Source of the DNA: Bugula neritina
Lineage: Eukaryota; Animalia; Bryozoa
DNA: 64,000 nt
Assembly (NCBI GenBank): GCA_964035545.1
Contig: OZ037765.1
Location: 28,705,504 to 28,769,503, forward strand
Reading direction: 5' to 3'
Of the stretch, positions 1 through 26,700 are shown piece after piece. A program made the position numbers and the translations under genes. Every line of letters begins with the position of its first letter. Within the stretch, counting starts at the first letter, position 1. Below the pieces are notes generated by a model that saw nothing but the letters and a program-made list of their open reading frames with translations, was not told where the DNA came from and did not search any database.

Positions 1-622
1 AAATTCTCATAAAACTGAGATTTGTTGTCATTGATGCATTAACTCATTTACTGTAGCTGCATAGCCAATCACAGGATAGTTTAATAAGATATGCCGATGT
101 GCGATTCACTTTATTGCGGCACTAAAAGATAGTGATAAACTGCCACATTTCACAACCATTAAAATAATTTTTTACTTACCGTGCATATATACATCTAAAA
201 TTTAAATATGATATATAAAAATTGCTTTATTATCACTAACTTATTTTACATACTTTCTAGATCGCAGACCATCCATAGTAAACTCTGACGCTTGCCAACT
301 ATAAATTCGACAAATTGATATTCAGCATTAAATAGAATGTTTCTTCGGCAGCATCCTTGAACAATTGGCAGCAAGTTTCTGGCTCACATTTACTCCACAT
401 TATGCATCAATAATCCAAATGTCATTGCTATTTTTGTTTATAAAAAGTTGATTTAGTGAAACATTATATAAACTGCCAATGCTACTGACGATAGCTAGGT
501 CTGTGTTTGGTGGCAATCCCATGAGTAGTAGTAAAAAATGTCTGAAAAGATGACCATGTAGTAGTGATAAAGCATAGAATATCATCAACTATAGTTATCT
601 CCCCTAATGAAAACTCATGAGG

Positions 623-801
623 GTTTATAGTTGCCATCCCTGTGAGAACCCCTGATGAAAAGGGCTAAGGGAATTGTTTTCTATTATGGCAAAATTAAGC
701 AGTTATGACTGCATGCCCTTTCGAACATCACTAATGGTCAATACTGGGATTCGAATCACTGACATGTTTACTAAGTCAGTGTGCAAAACCACGACTTCTC
801 C
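623..801 (-). mobile_element. Diverged copy of tRNA-derived SINE family
   Basis: Shares tail 'tttatag..atccctgtgagaacccctgat.gaaa.ggg', central 'aacatcactaatgg' and head 'accacgacttctcc' with the copy at 17222-17424. Flanked by diverged direct repeats atagttatc-tcccctaatga (591-610) and atagttatc-gtcccaatga (804-822). Confidence 0.6.
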
Positions 802-1654
802 AAATAGTTATCGTCCCAATGATAAGGGTAAATAACTCCACACATAATAAACCATTGTCAAATTTTATTAACTTTTAATCTCTATACAAGTAATACAGTA
901 TTACAGAAACAATGGTTAGTTTGGAAAGGAAAATTCATAAATTCACTGCAATATTTTTTTTAAACAATATTATAATACGATACATTTATGCACAAGATGT
1001 ATCTATATATTATTATAGTACTATTTCCAAGAGCTTTTCAAAAGAGATTTTATGCATTTTAACTTATTACAAAATACTGGTGCATGCTTATTAAAACAAT
1101 TTTATCATAATTTTGAACTAAGAGGTGAGAAGTTAATAAGACAACTTAGATACCATAAAAAAAGGGCGAGTGAAGAAAAAAGCTTTCAATACTGAGTAGC
1201 GTTTACAGGTATTTTATAAAATATATTTCTTAGGTTTTATGTTAAACGGAAACTCTTTTTTAGAAAAATGTGTATTACAAATGAAAAAAGAATAATTGTT
1301 AACTTAAATAAAAGCGTGTTGAATTGTTATGCAAACATTTAAGACTATATCATATAACCATATATGATTATAGGCAAGACACAAAATGGACAATAGCTCA
1401 GAAATGTTTATAAATCTATTAGCACAAATCCACTGAAACAATATTTTGAAGACATCCGAAATTTGAAATCATACAAAGCACTTGTGGTATACAATTGCCT
1501 ACAATAATTATGAAGAATCTCATCAATGATAATGTTATGGTGAAAGTTCACCCCAACTGTATAGCACAAACCAACATACAGAAAATACCCCACAGAGTTT
1601 TATGTAAGTATACAGAATATTATTATCCAGCAAAATATAAATTTAGTGCATTTA

Positions 1655-14874
<13,220 letters not shown>

Positions 14875-14899
14875 TTTAAATTTGAAAATTAGAGCTTTA

Positions 14900-15260
14900 T
14901 ATATAATTCAAACCATTCAATAACCTGAACAATTAGCAATTTGTAGAAATTAGAACTTGTTTACATGTACATAAACTAATTTACAGATCATAGAAGCAGA
15001 ATAACAATTTATTTCCGTTTATCTGAGTCACACTCACTAGTATAAATATAGTGATCGGTTGATTAGGCAGAACCCATGAGAATATACGATACAGTGATTC
15101 AGTCGTTTATTGGCTATAGTTTATCGACGCAGAGCAATTTATTGAACGGTCGGACAGCGTAGTCTAGAGTTCGGATAAAATTATGGAGTTGTCTTTTTAA
15201 TAAGGGTACTAACTCTATAGTGCGTAGAATCGTTGCTAGGCCTTTGGTTATAATCAATGA
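14900..15260. promoter_or_regulatory. Probable TOM1 promoter, possibly bidirectional with ATPAF2
   Basis: Local CpG enrichment (e.g. ttatcgacgc, gaacggtcggacagcg) and ATTGG just upstream of the TOM1 ATG. The first ATPAF2 coding exon is preceded by a splice acceptor (ttttcag, 18284), implying an upstream non-coding exon. Confidence 0.4.
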
Positions 15261-15788
15261 ACTCAAATAATATCTTTTTCAATTTAGTGGTTATAATATT
15301 ATATTATTAATAAAGAGGTAAATTTTGTTTTGTAAAAAATTCAATTCATGGAATATTTGGTTTTCACTGGTTATTAGTCAAATTTTTGATTGTATTAATC
15401 ATAGGATCATCCTCTATGAAAGCTACATATTTGTTCTAATTAGTACAGGCTACAGAGTTATCTTCCTTATCCTTCACAAAAAATAACCAGATTGATAGAA
15501 TTAATAAACTATAACTTCTATAGTATACTTATAGTTTTAGTTAATTGAATATAACATAAAATAATATAACATAAAATAATATGTTCCCTTTAAAAATAAC
15601 CAAAGGGTCAAAGTTCACACTGAAAATAACTTCCGATTTTTTAACTAAGCGGGCTCGTTGTTATAACCTGCGCATCTGCACAAAAGTTATAAAATTTTAT
15701 CTAATTGGATGAATTTATCATAAATAACTTTTTTAAAAGTATTTTTTCAATAGATGCACAGGCTTAATAAAAACGTGACCGCTGACTA

Positions 15789-15953
15789 CGAATGGTTTTA
15801 TAAGCAGCTCCAAGTTGGTGGTGAATGAGTGCAGTAGTTTGGGCGTCTCGAGTTTGAAGTTGGAACATAAATCCAAGTGTCAGACCCCCCCCCCCCCCCC
15901 CGAACTACTGCACTCATTCCCCACAAACTCGGAGCTGCTTCTAGAACCATTCG
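15789..15953. mobile_element. Hairpin MITE-like element with ~55-bp inverted arms
   Basis: cgaatggttttataagcagctccaagttggtggtgaatgagtgcagtagtttggg pairs with cccgaactactgcactcattccccacaaactcggagctgcttctagaaccattcg; related copies at 2109 and 40495. Confidence 0.75.
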
Positions 15954-16869
15954 CTGGCTGCACGATATAATTAATAGTTTATTAGTTACAAGCTCAAGGC
16001 AAATTAATTCTTTGTACTGGAGGTCATGGTCTTTGATAATCATTATCAAAATGAGTCTGTTCTAAAATCATGAAATGAATCATTTTAAAACCATTGGGTA
16101 TAAATAATTTAAGGGAAAATAACTCGCAAAGAATAACTATAGGGTTGACTTCAGACTCATTTGACGTTGTACTTGTACTCTTAACATTCTGATTCTGATT
16201 CACCTTGGGCTTGTCTCTTACAGTTATGAGTTAGTCAGTTACAGTTTCAGTTTGAGTTACACTTACTCTTAGTTTTAGTCTTACAGTTACTGTCTTACTC
16301 TTAGTTAACAGTTAGTTTAATCTTTTTGCTCTTTACTCAAAGTAAAGGAAAAACTATTAGTATAACTATAACTATAAGTATAAGTAATATTAATGTATTA
16401 CTATTACTAATAGTAATAGTAATACTAATAGTATTAGTATTAGTATTACATTTGCTAAAATTAAAATAATTTTAAAATTAATTCTTCACCGTTTAGTTTA
16501 TTATTTACAGTTTAATTTTATATCTCAGAGTCAGTATGAGTATTCAGTTTTGTTTCAGTTTGTCTATATTGATAATCATATTCACATTGATATGGGTCTT
16601 TGCAAATTTCATCATTATCATGAAAAGGTCAAAGTTTTTGTGATAACGTTTTTCAGTCAGTCTGTAATTACCAATTGGCATAGATTTAGAATAACTATAA
16701 GTATAACTCGGTTCTTATAGTATAAGTATTACTATTAGTATAAGAATAGATTAAGATTTATATGATTGTCTACTTCTGCAGCCTTTACCAATACCATTAT
16801 CAAGTTTTGAGAAATCTCGTGTTTTGATTGGATCTGCATGTTTTGAATTTGTTTATTAACGCCTGTATT

Positions 16870-17217
16870 CTCACTGATCAGCTTATCAAGAGTTTGGTAG
16901 GAGTGCAAGTTTTTAAATTTATCCGCTAGCTGACATCACCCTAACAATATTTTTAGAATATGACATTGTTCTATATAAGTAACCGATAACGTTGAAGTAT
17001 TTCTTATCTAAAACATTGTATATGCACAACCATTAAAAAAACTCACTGATCAGCTTATCAAGAGTTTGGTAGGAGTGCAAGTTTTTAAATTTATCCGCTA
17101 GCTGACATCATCCTAACAATATTTTTAGAATATGACATTGTTCTATATAAGTAACCGATAACGTTAAAGTATTTCTTATCTAAAACATTGTATATGCACA
17201 ACCACCAAAAAAACTCA
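16870..17217. repeat. Direct tandem duplication, 172-bp unit x2
   Basis: 16870-17041 and 17042-17213 are nearly identical, both starting ctcactgatcagcttatcaagag. Confidence 0.92.
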
Positions 17218-17221
17218 CGCA

Positions 17222-17424
17222 AGTTTATAGTCACTATCCCTGTGAGAAACCCCTGATAGAAAGGGTTTTTGTTAAAGCAGGCTAAGGACTTATTTAAATG
17301 AGGCACAGGAGCAATTTTGACTGGATGCTCTTCCTAACATCACCAATGGCCTTTGTCAGGGCTTGAACCCATGACCTTCGTGTTTACTAGGCAAACGCTC
17401 TAACCCCTAGACCACGGCTGCTCC
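17222..17424 (-). mobile_element. tRNA-derived SINE
   Basis: Minus strand reads GGAGCAGCCG-TGGTCTAGGGG (A box)-TTAGAGCG...GGTTCAAGCC (B box), then AGGAAGAGCATCCAG (resembles the conserved central domain of MetaSINE-type SINEs, from memory) and a tail shared with the copy at 623-801. Confidence 0.75.
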
Positions 17425-18320
17425 ATTAGTCATGATAATATTCATAGTATCATGGTCAATTTGAAAATGAATATTCATGTTCAATTTGATATCATATTCT
17501 CGTAAATAATTTTATTTTCTAAAAATTGAGCAACAACAATTTTAACAACTACTTACTAAATTCTGATTTTTCTCGTGTAACTGTAAATATATCTAATTGG
17601 TATAGCTATAAGCCTCCCATACCATCATAATAACTATGATCGGTATAATTACTTAAATCAAACATCATAGAATATTTATCTTTTGACATTGTATTGTAAT
17701 TATGGATGAATAAATGTAAGTATTGTAGTCTTTATTAGAATTTTAAAGTTACTCTCCCTGTAAAAATTTTTATCACCATTCATAAATCTTGTAGATATTT
17801 AGTAGTGCTAATCTTTCTTTGGTAAATTTGAATATTTCTTAGAACTTTAATTGCTTTTAGGAAGTCAAATCAACTGGTTTGGTAACTCATTTAGTTTAGT
17901 AAGTTAATTCAGTTTGACAATTTTAAAAAGCCTAAGTTTCAAGCGCTCAAATCAGCCATTACTCAACTACATTATATTTTTCAACAAAGCTAAATATTAT
18001 TTTTTTTAAAGTATAGCATTCCGTTAAATAAGTATGACTCTAGAATTATGCATTGCACATGTTGAAGAACTGATAACCTTGTATCTCTATATAATCATCA
18101 TTTTTTTAATTTTTCTGTTTTTTTGTGAACTCTCTAATGATGAACTTATTGATTTAGATTGACTTAATGTATTTCTGAGAGAAGTATAAATTTTGTGTTT
18201 TAGTACTCATCAATCAGCATTTAGTAAAATATATGGTAGTACAAATCCTGAAAGCTGTCTAAGGGTAAACACTATATTTTTCAGAGCCTCGTCACACACA
18301 ACAATATATCACACAGAATA

Positions 18321-20752
18321 ATGTTTCGATGTCTAATTTGTGCTAGACATGTTAACAATTATGGATCTACTGCTGCTGTGGTGATTGCTGAAGCATCTAC
18401 TTTTCTTAAACATCGTACAATGCACACGACTGCCTATCAACTTTCTAGCTTCATAGGCAAAGGTAAGTAAAATGTAATATTTTGCCCCATAACCTCAGTG
18501 AGTTCTCTAATATAATGCTAGTGGTTATGTTTCTTGATTTGTTGTACTTTGAAAGACTGTAAAGTCTGGCGTTGTATTAGTTATGTTTTCTGAGGAAAAT
18601 GTTATGGGTTTGGGTTTAAATGCCAGTATATCTGAAAATATATGCACCAATATTAGAAGATTTTGATAGGAAGTTTTGTTAAGGCTAGTCAAGATGTTCT
18701 TGAGATATTCAGAAATTAGCTTTTTTCCCATGGTACTCTCTGGACAGTGTGATGGAGGAACCTGGGCGATCAACTGGACTGACTCTCTAGTCGGTACAGC
18801 TGAAAGTATCTGCTGCTATTTGTTTTACTAACTTCCAATCAACAAAATTTTATTTCCATGTAGATTTAAAGAAGTTTTATAAGACAGCCCGAATCACGCA
18901 AGCAGCTAATAAACCAGGTCATTATGAAATTAACTTGGACACTCGAAAGTTGAAGACTCCAGTAGGCAATATATTTCAAATACCAGGAGAGTCGCTAGCT
19001 ATGGCAGTCGCAGCAGAATGGAACTCGCAAAAAGATATGATAAAAAGACACTCAATGCACATAGTAAGTGCTGCAAAGTGACATAAGGTTTTGTTGTTAA
19101 GACTGTTGGTTGAATGTCTGAGTCCCTTTAAATATCTTATAATTTCTTGTAAGTTCAATCATATCTTGTTATCTACTGAAATCATTGAACTTTCAGAAAC
19201 AGCTTTCTATCTATTGTTTTCAAAGATTCATTTTTATTTTATTGCATTAAAAGGTTTTTTTTATACAATTTCTATTTTAGACATCCCTTTGTAATACGGC
19301 TATAGACAACCCCACCCACAAAACCAGATCACAACTAGTAAGGTCCATATGCCATTATCTGGGTTCAGACACTTTGTGGTAAGTGTTTCATTTAATTCAA
19401 GTATAATATTAGTTGGCCAGATCAACATAGTTAGAGAACCTCCATCAATATAGTAATCAATCAACATCACGGGGTGAGCAATACATTTTGAAATATCTTA
19501 TAGGAAAACAGCGATAACTCATAACTACTCGAAATATGCTGATTTATACAACTGGATAATCAGAAAATACCAGTACAAGACTACAGTCGCTTAGGTACAA
19601 AAATAAGCAGAGACTTGCCACGCCTGAAGTATCTCACAGTATTTGCTCTCTCAGTTTTAGAATGGAAGAACCTGAGAAACTGTTGCAGTTTCAGGAAGAG
19701 AATTGGGATCCAATACTCGAATGGTTCAAAAACAGGTATAGCATCACATGCACTACTTTAGTGATAGTTTTTTCACAAAATTTAAATGCTTGTTCAGTTG
19801 AGAGATTTGTCAGCCCTATTTTTCTATCATGAATGTAATATTATTGTATAATCTAACTCCTTTCTCCGAGTTCTAATTATGTCTTCATAGGAAGATGATG
19901 ATAGAAAATTTCTCCAGCAATGATGGCAGAATTAAAAACGATTTTATCTGTTTTACTGAGAGTGTAGTGTACCATGGTAATCACAGGTTTTCCTTCAGTG
20001 CATATTGTGTATTTTTATTTATATAGATACAAATTCTACTCTTTCTGTTTATTTAAGGTATCAAATAAGTTTGGAACCTACCATTGGAATTGTCTCTCCT
20101 GCTATTCCAGACGAAACTTATACTACATTAGAAAAGCAGTTGAATTCGTATTCTGATTGGACACTGACAGGTAAAATGATGTACACCGTATATTTAGTTA
20201 GATGTATAAGTCGGTGTGTAGTGCAGCAAACCCCCTTTGCTAGCAGTTTTATGGATTAGATGCCATACAGGCTGAACTTCTGTTATTCTATGTGTGATTT
20301 AACAAAAATGCATAGGAAACCTTATAACTGGCTTTTTTATTAGCAATGATTAAAAGAAGATAAAATTTTAACTTTTTGACAAAGCATTGTATGATGAACA
20401 GATGTTTGTAGTAGTTTCCTTAGAGCAATATTCAGTATCTAAAACTGAATTTACTTATTTGGAATACTAATTTATATTATTAAATGCAGGTATACAGCAG
20501 CTTGTGGACTGTCTGAAGTCGATATCCTTAGCCCTAGCACTATGTGAGAGCGAGGTAGCTGTGGAGAAGGCTGTATACTTGTCCAGACTAGAGCAGATCT
20601 ATCAAGTAAATCAGTGGGGGTCAGTCGAGTGGTATCACGACCTTGAAGTTCAGGAAACCCAGGCTAGGGTTGCTGCTGCAACTCTCTTTATTCACTTTTG
20701 CCACGACTTTTCTAGTTCACAGACTAAACAAAAGTTATCTTCATGGACTTGA
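18321..20752 (+). CDS. ATPAF2: ATP synthase mitochondrial F1 complex assembly factor 2 (ATP12), 6 coding exons
   Basis: Exons 18321-18462 (presequence-like MFRCLICARH...), 18864-19063 (KKFYK...EINLDTRKLKTP...LAMAVAAEWNSQ...MHI), 19281-19378 (TSLCNTAIDNP...YLGSDTLC), 19655-19735 (FRMEEPEKLLQFQEENWDPILEW), 20058-20170, 20490-20752 (LKSISLALAL...AVYLSRLEQIYQVNQWGSVEWYHD...AAATLF). All GT-AG and phase-compatible; AATAAA at 20874. Confidence 0.95.
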
Positions 20753-23700
20753 TGAACAAAAAAAAACTAGATTTCTTTGTATGAAACTCATTCTAGAAAC
20801 AATGGTAGTGATGTTATATTTGGCTTCGTTATGAACTATGCCGCTTATAACCTGGCGTGACAGTCAATTTTTCAATAAAACATGATAAAATTAATTATTC
20901 AACATCACTTCGTATTTGCATTTGCCATGTCGTTTCCATGTAATATAATTTACTGAGGAGAATTAATTTTATGACTCTTTATGTTAACAATGGCGTATGA
21001 TTTATTGAAAATAATGTTTCTGAGGTGAAATGTTTTAACAAGCTTCTCTCTTTGTGTATTTTTTAACTATTTTGTATGAAAGCATGATCAGCCATCAGCT
21101 TCAAAAATTAACTATTGGTTTGACTGTACCATCCTCATCAAATCAAGTAAGTGCAAATTTTACCAAAATCAACACCATTTTTCGGAATTACAAGTAGACT
21201 GCTTCAAGTATTGTTAGTTTAAAATTTAGCTTGTAGCCTGTAAAGTGTAAAGCCTATTGGCTAGAGCAAATTTCCCGTTCTAATACAACAAAACTCGAGT
21301 ATTTTTAAACCTCGCTATTTCTCATCTATTTTTTTGGTGTAGTTAGTAGACAAATTAATTTATAGAGCTTATTTTTGCGAATAGTTCGAGTGTCGACTTT
21401 GCGAAATCATTGAGCCCTAAGGTACGGTAAAGAAGATGCAGTAACATGCTTAAGGTCATACAACTGCTGTAATTTGTAAAGCCCTAATTGCACAATACGT
21501 AATGCCATAGATACTAGTTACGCTTTATTGTGTAGGTTGATGAGTGTAATGCCCAGCCTTTAGACCAGATATTAAGTGGAGCTATCCGCCTTCCAGATGT
21601 TGATACTATCACTTTACAAAAAGTATATATATTTAGGTTTTCAGTCTAAAACATTTATAATTAACCTGTCCAGTTACAGCTTAATATCTGAATACAGTCT
21701 ATTGTAGTCTCTATATTTTACATTTTCCATTAATGCTTTTCTTCACAAACAAATACAAGATGAATGTTAATTGTTGAAGCTGCTTCTCACCAAGCTTCGA
21801 AATGATCTGCCTGGAGATCTCTTTGGGATATCAACATCCAATAGTGGAGAAAACAGGAGTGCGCCTACAGATGATCTGGTAAGTCGGATTTGGCTTTCTA
21901 TTGGTCTCTGTTGCTGTTTCACCATTATCATTAAACGCTTTGCAAGCATCATACTTGGTTGCATGATTACTTATAGTCTGTTATAGAAAATTTTGCAGCC
22001 AAGTAATTCTACTACACTTATCAGTAATAACTTCATTTTCAAAATGCCTGTTGAACATTTGAATGGACTTCAAAGCCATTGTTATAACTAGGTAGCAAGG
22101 TACATGGTACAAATGCTAGCCATAGGAATAAATTTTATGAAGCACTTAGTAGATGCACAACAGAGCAAAGATAGGTGAGATAGAGAAGACAACTTTTTGT
22201 CACATTATTTCTCGAAATTATTCTAGTCTAGTTAATGTGGATTGTTTAAGTTTGTGGCATTGTATAAGCCTGGTGACTGATATAATAGGAGGAATTTGAA
22301 ATTGTATTTTATTTTTTCCCACTTTGAACTGCTGATTCTTTGTTTTATCAGAAAGTACATTAAATGCTACTGCATAACTAAGTAATACTGTTGAATATGT
22401 TACATCCTGTACTCATCTGTCAGGTAGATTGGATGCAAGAAAGTGATCAACTAACTACACTACAGGCGGATGAGCTGCTGTATCACCCACTGGCCAAATA
22501 TCTATCTCTAAATCTTAAGCCAGCTACTATACAGCAAGTATGTGCTCATAGCTTGAGTAGTAGCTGTTTGTAGTACAGATCTATGGTGAAATAATTTAGA
22601 GTGTTGTTAGTTAGATTTGCCAGAAGTTTCTCTTTCATCAAGGCTTACAACTTTGGAATCTAATACTAGTTTTACGAATATGCTGCTAAACAAGCATTGC
22701 AGAGTTTGTCTTTTTGCAATCTATTTCAACCCTAAGATTGCTAATGCCCTAAACCACCAATCTATAAAATGTTATGTATAACTTGGTGAAAATTACTATA
22801 TGATGAAAAACTTTAGGGTTGTCTTCTCAACATGAGTCATGTACCAGCAGTGTATAAGTGCTACCTTTTCTATAGTTGCTGAATCACAAGCTAGCCAATG
22901 ATCTCTTCTATGACTTGAGAAACAAAACTAGAATGGGAGAGGATGTTGTTCAGATGATTCCTGATTCTAATGGCCGTTGGAAGGTGACTAGTTACCATCA
23001 CTGTGAATTTATGTTTTATCAAATAATTTCATTTATTGAATAGGGCTAGCTGGTCAGGATAATGCTTAGAGTTATCTTCTCAATATATGCCCGAAATAGT
23101 TCTCTTTCGATTACCGAGTGATGTACAAAAAACTATACACTTCATTAAAAATCACATCTCTTAAAGCCACTGCTGTTTCTTCATCGGGCGTTAGATAGAG
23201 CTTGTTGCTTGAGTAATTATGCATCTGGTTTGTAAAAACCTTTTTAAATATATTTAAAATTATAATGGGGTGTCTCGCAGCCTGCATGTGATTCAGTGTA
23301 ATATGTTATGCTCCACTATTTAAATATGTTTCATTTAATAAAATGTACGCTTGATATAATTCACTGCTGCACAATTGGTTGTAATGTTTTACGCTAATAC
23401 TCATACAGTATGATATGCATACAATAATCTGATAATTCTTTTGATATTAAATATTTAGAAAATTGGCATGGAAAACAAAAAGTAGAATGCATAAGAAATG
23501 CATGTAGTTTTTAACTGCAGTTTATTTTATATTTACTTTTATTCTGGCTATAATAATAGTGTCCCTGAAACTTTAATTTAATCTACAAATGCAAAGAATG
23601 GGATATCGTTATAAAACCAGCATTAAAACAGAGGATGGCAATTTTCCCCGTTGGGTTTTTCCCGCTAGTTTGCCACAAACAGAGAATGGTAGCGGTAGCA

Positions 23701-26700
23701 AAGTTATTCCAGTATTATATCATGATATTATGCTTTGAGGTGTTTCACGTTTGATAAAGTTTACTGACATTCTGTCTACAGTTGAAATGTGGGGATTTGC
23801 AGCTTACGAGTGAACTGACATCTTAGTAGTTCAATGCTCTCCTACATATCGTTCTGTAGAACAAACGATAATTCACTACGATTATAAAATATAGGCAGTA
23901 GCTTTTTCCACCACCATAATTAATTAGACATTTGAAATCAGATAATTTTTTAATGTTGGCAATAAATTGTTGTGATACTCATGTTTCTTTTTATATATTC
24001 AAGTCATGCCAAAAACTCTATTGAGCTTTAGAACTGCATAAAAATTCTCCTTGAATGTTTTCACCGCTGTATTAAAGTTTTATCAATCTCAACTCGTGAT
24101 GAGAAGAATGTTGTTTGTTTTTCCTGGTACAATTTGAATTTAGTAGCTTCATGACTGTGGTTTGTTAGCCTATGCTATGCCAAGTTGTGTGTCTTCACCC
24201 ATTTACTAGAAATGACGTGTTTTAATTATATTTTGATAGATGGTTACAGTTAATTGACCAAGTTAAATTAGCTGACTTTAAGTACCTTTGCTCTTTAAAA
24301 TGAAGTATATTTTAAAGTAATGTTGCTGTAGTGGAAATCTGGCAATGTTACAAAACTTTACTCATAACACTTTAAAACAAGTTCGAGGGCTTGGAAAAAT
24401 AAAACAGTTTGCCATGGAAAATATTTTGCTGTCTGATGTTGATAAGAGTATTTGGGAACTGAAAAAATTCCCTAGCATTATTTCCTCATACCATTGTTTA
24501 AGTTATGTCCGAATTGCTGTCAGTACTGCCAGATTTTAGTTTACTGGCCATAAATGCTGGCTGTTATCCAGAATTGTAATGTTGGGTTGTGACTGCCTAA
24601 ATCTCACTGTGTGAAAATCACTTGACTAATGTTCTAGATAACTCAGTTGATGCCTAGGTAAACTAAAAAGGATTTCAAAAACCAAACAGATTAGGTATAG
24701 TTTCTCAACAATTTTATTTCCAGACAGTCACCTAAACTAAAGTCGAGAATATCCAGTCCCATAGTGACTAGTATATGCATAATATTTTACAATACACAAA
24801 TACAGATTTAAAGTTTATTTATATACATCCAATGTAAAGTATTTTGAACATCAAGTACTCTCATAATTTCAATACAGTATTGCAGTTCGAAGCTCTATGG
24901 TAATTACAATACATTATATTATTGTTATAGGAATTGGTGCTAGATGTTTCCCCCAAGGAGTCATCCTCTCCTTCCTATGGACAAGCAGTAAATAGTCGGA
25001 TAGATGAATCTGTTCGATTCACAACTGCCACATACCTACCTGATCATGGTAATGATACATCAATATATACACACATGCGCACGAGCGAAAGCACACACAC
25101 AGTATATATGCAGTATATGTCATGGGGTAAAAATGAAATTATGCCAGAGCAATGGCATGAATAACAAAAAATGTTAATCAAGACTCTTTAATATCTGAAT
25201 CATTAATTCGCAAGCTTAGAGTTGAGCAAATTAATTGAAAAATTACTACTTGAGGTTTTTTAATGGGTTTGCTGAAATATCTGAACCCTCCAATATATTA
25301 AGCATATCAACAGCAACTATTATACTCTTACATATTATTATACCAGTCATTGATGTAGATGATAGAGGAGATTGCTTAGCAATATTCAAACCTATTGAAT
25401 AATGTTTACATTGTTATCCAACAAAATATATTTAGCCAAGCTCCGTTGTACTTAAAATAGGTTTGAAATGTTACATATTTGCTGCCTGGCTGGTTATACT
25501 AATTGTCCTAATGTGTATGCATCATCAACAATCCCTTAAAATTTAAATTTATCAACGAAAACAAACACCGGATAGTTCATAGCCTGTAATTATAAAACAA
25601 AGCAAAGTCAGATTATAACATTATTTAATGAATCTAAAGAATTGGTAAATAAAATTATTTTTTCTTATATGAAATTGGTATAATTATTTGTCTAAAAAGC
25701 TATTTTTATGCGACACTATCATCATATGAAGTTTTATTTTTCACATGCAGAATAAACGGTATAAAAAAAGAATTACCTGTTCTGTATTTAAACCTAAGAC
25801 AGGTTCCCAGAACAGAATAGCTCAGTGAAACAGAATATTTTATTTTTCGAGTCCGTCCTTTGAATTCCTAACTTTTAACAAAAAATCCAGTTTCATTTAG
25901 TACTGTTCCCATTTCTTGTGATAGCTCTGCTGCAGTGTTTTGTGAACAGACTGATTATAAATGATGTCATCAACATAAATAGATTTCTCCAAAATTTCAA
26001 TGACTAGGATGCTTCTCCTGAAAAACTTCTGCTGTCTTTCGATTGGCCTCAGCGCTGACAGCTGGTGCCGAAATATCTCCCATATCAACTCTGGTGAGAG
26101 CAAGTCTGGTGTTCTTGGCGTACCTATGTTATGCCATAACAATGCTGATCGGTTTTTGTGATGTTGATTGAATTGAACATTTTTCGAATGCCACCAATCA
26201 GCACAGCTAGTCCTTCTCTTTATCTCAAATGTGCTCCTAGAAGATTATTGATATTGTGATGTCTTGTGGGTTGTTATCGGATCTAAGCTAGGAGAACATG
26301 AGCTCTTTGCATTTAGAGAGAAGATGGATTTTAATTTGCAGACATCTTTATTTGTCCACCTGCAGTCAAAGAGACCAGATGTAGCCTCGCACAATCAGCC
26401 TTGCTAGTTGAAGATAGTAGTGTAGTCCTAGAGCTCCAGCGGGAGACTGAATTTACACTGGAAACTCTCGCTTATATAGCTAAGACTCCGGACACCCTGA
26501 ACTTTTAGGACCTACAAAAATCGAACTTACAACAGGCAAAAAAAACTTTGGCATTCACTGAAATAAGATAGTTAAGGCATTCACAGAGAGAAAATAGTCA
26601 AGGCATGAATAGATCCCCAAATGTACTACAATAATATAACAATTTGTTTCTTTTGTTAAAACAGTTTTTAAGGACACACTGTTACATTTTTTTACTTGAG

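Noticed and set aside
17350-17424. Possible tRNA gene
   Set aside because: A and B boxes are present but there is no convincing acceptor stem; it continues into a repeated SINE body with a second copy at 623-801.
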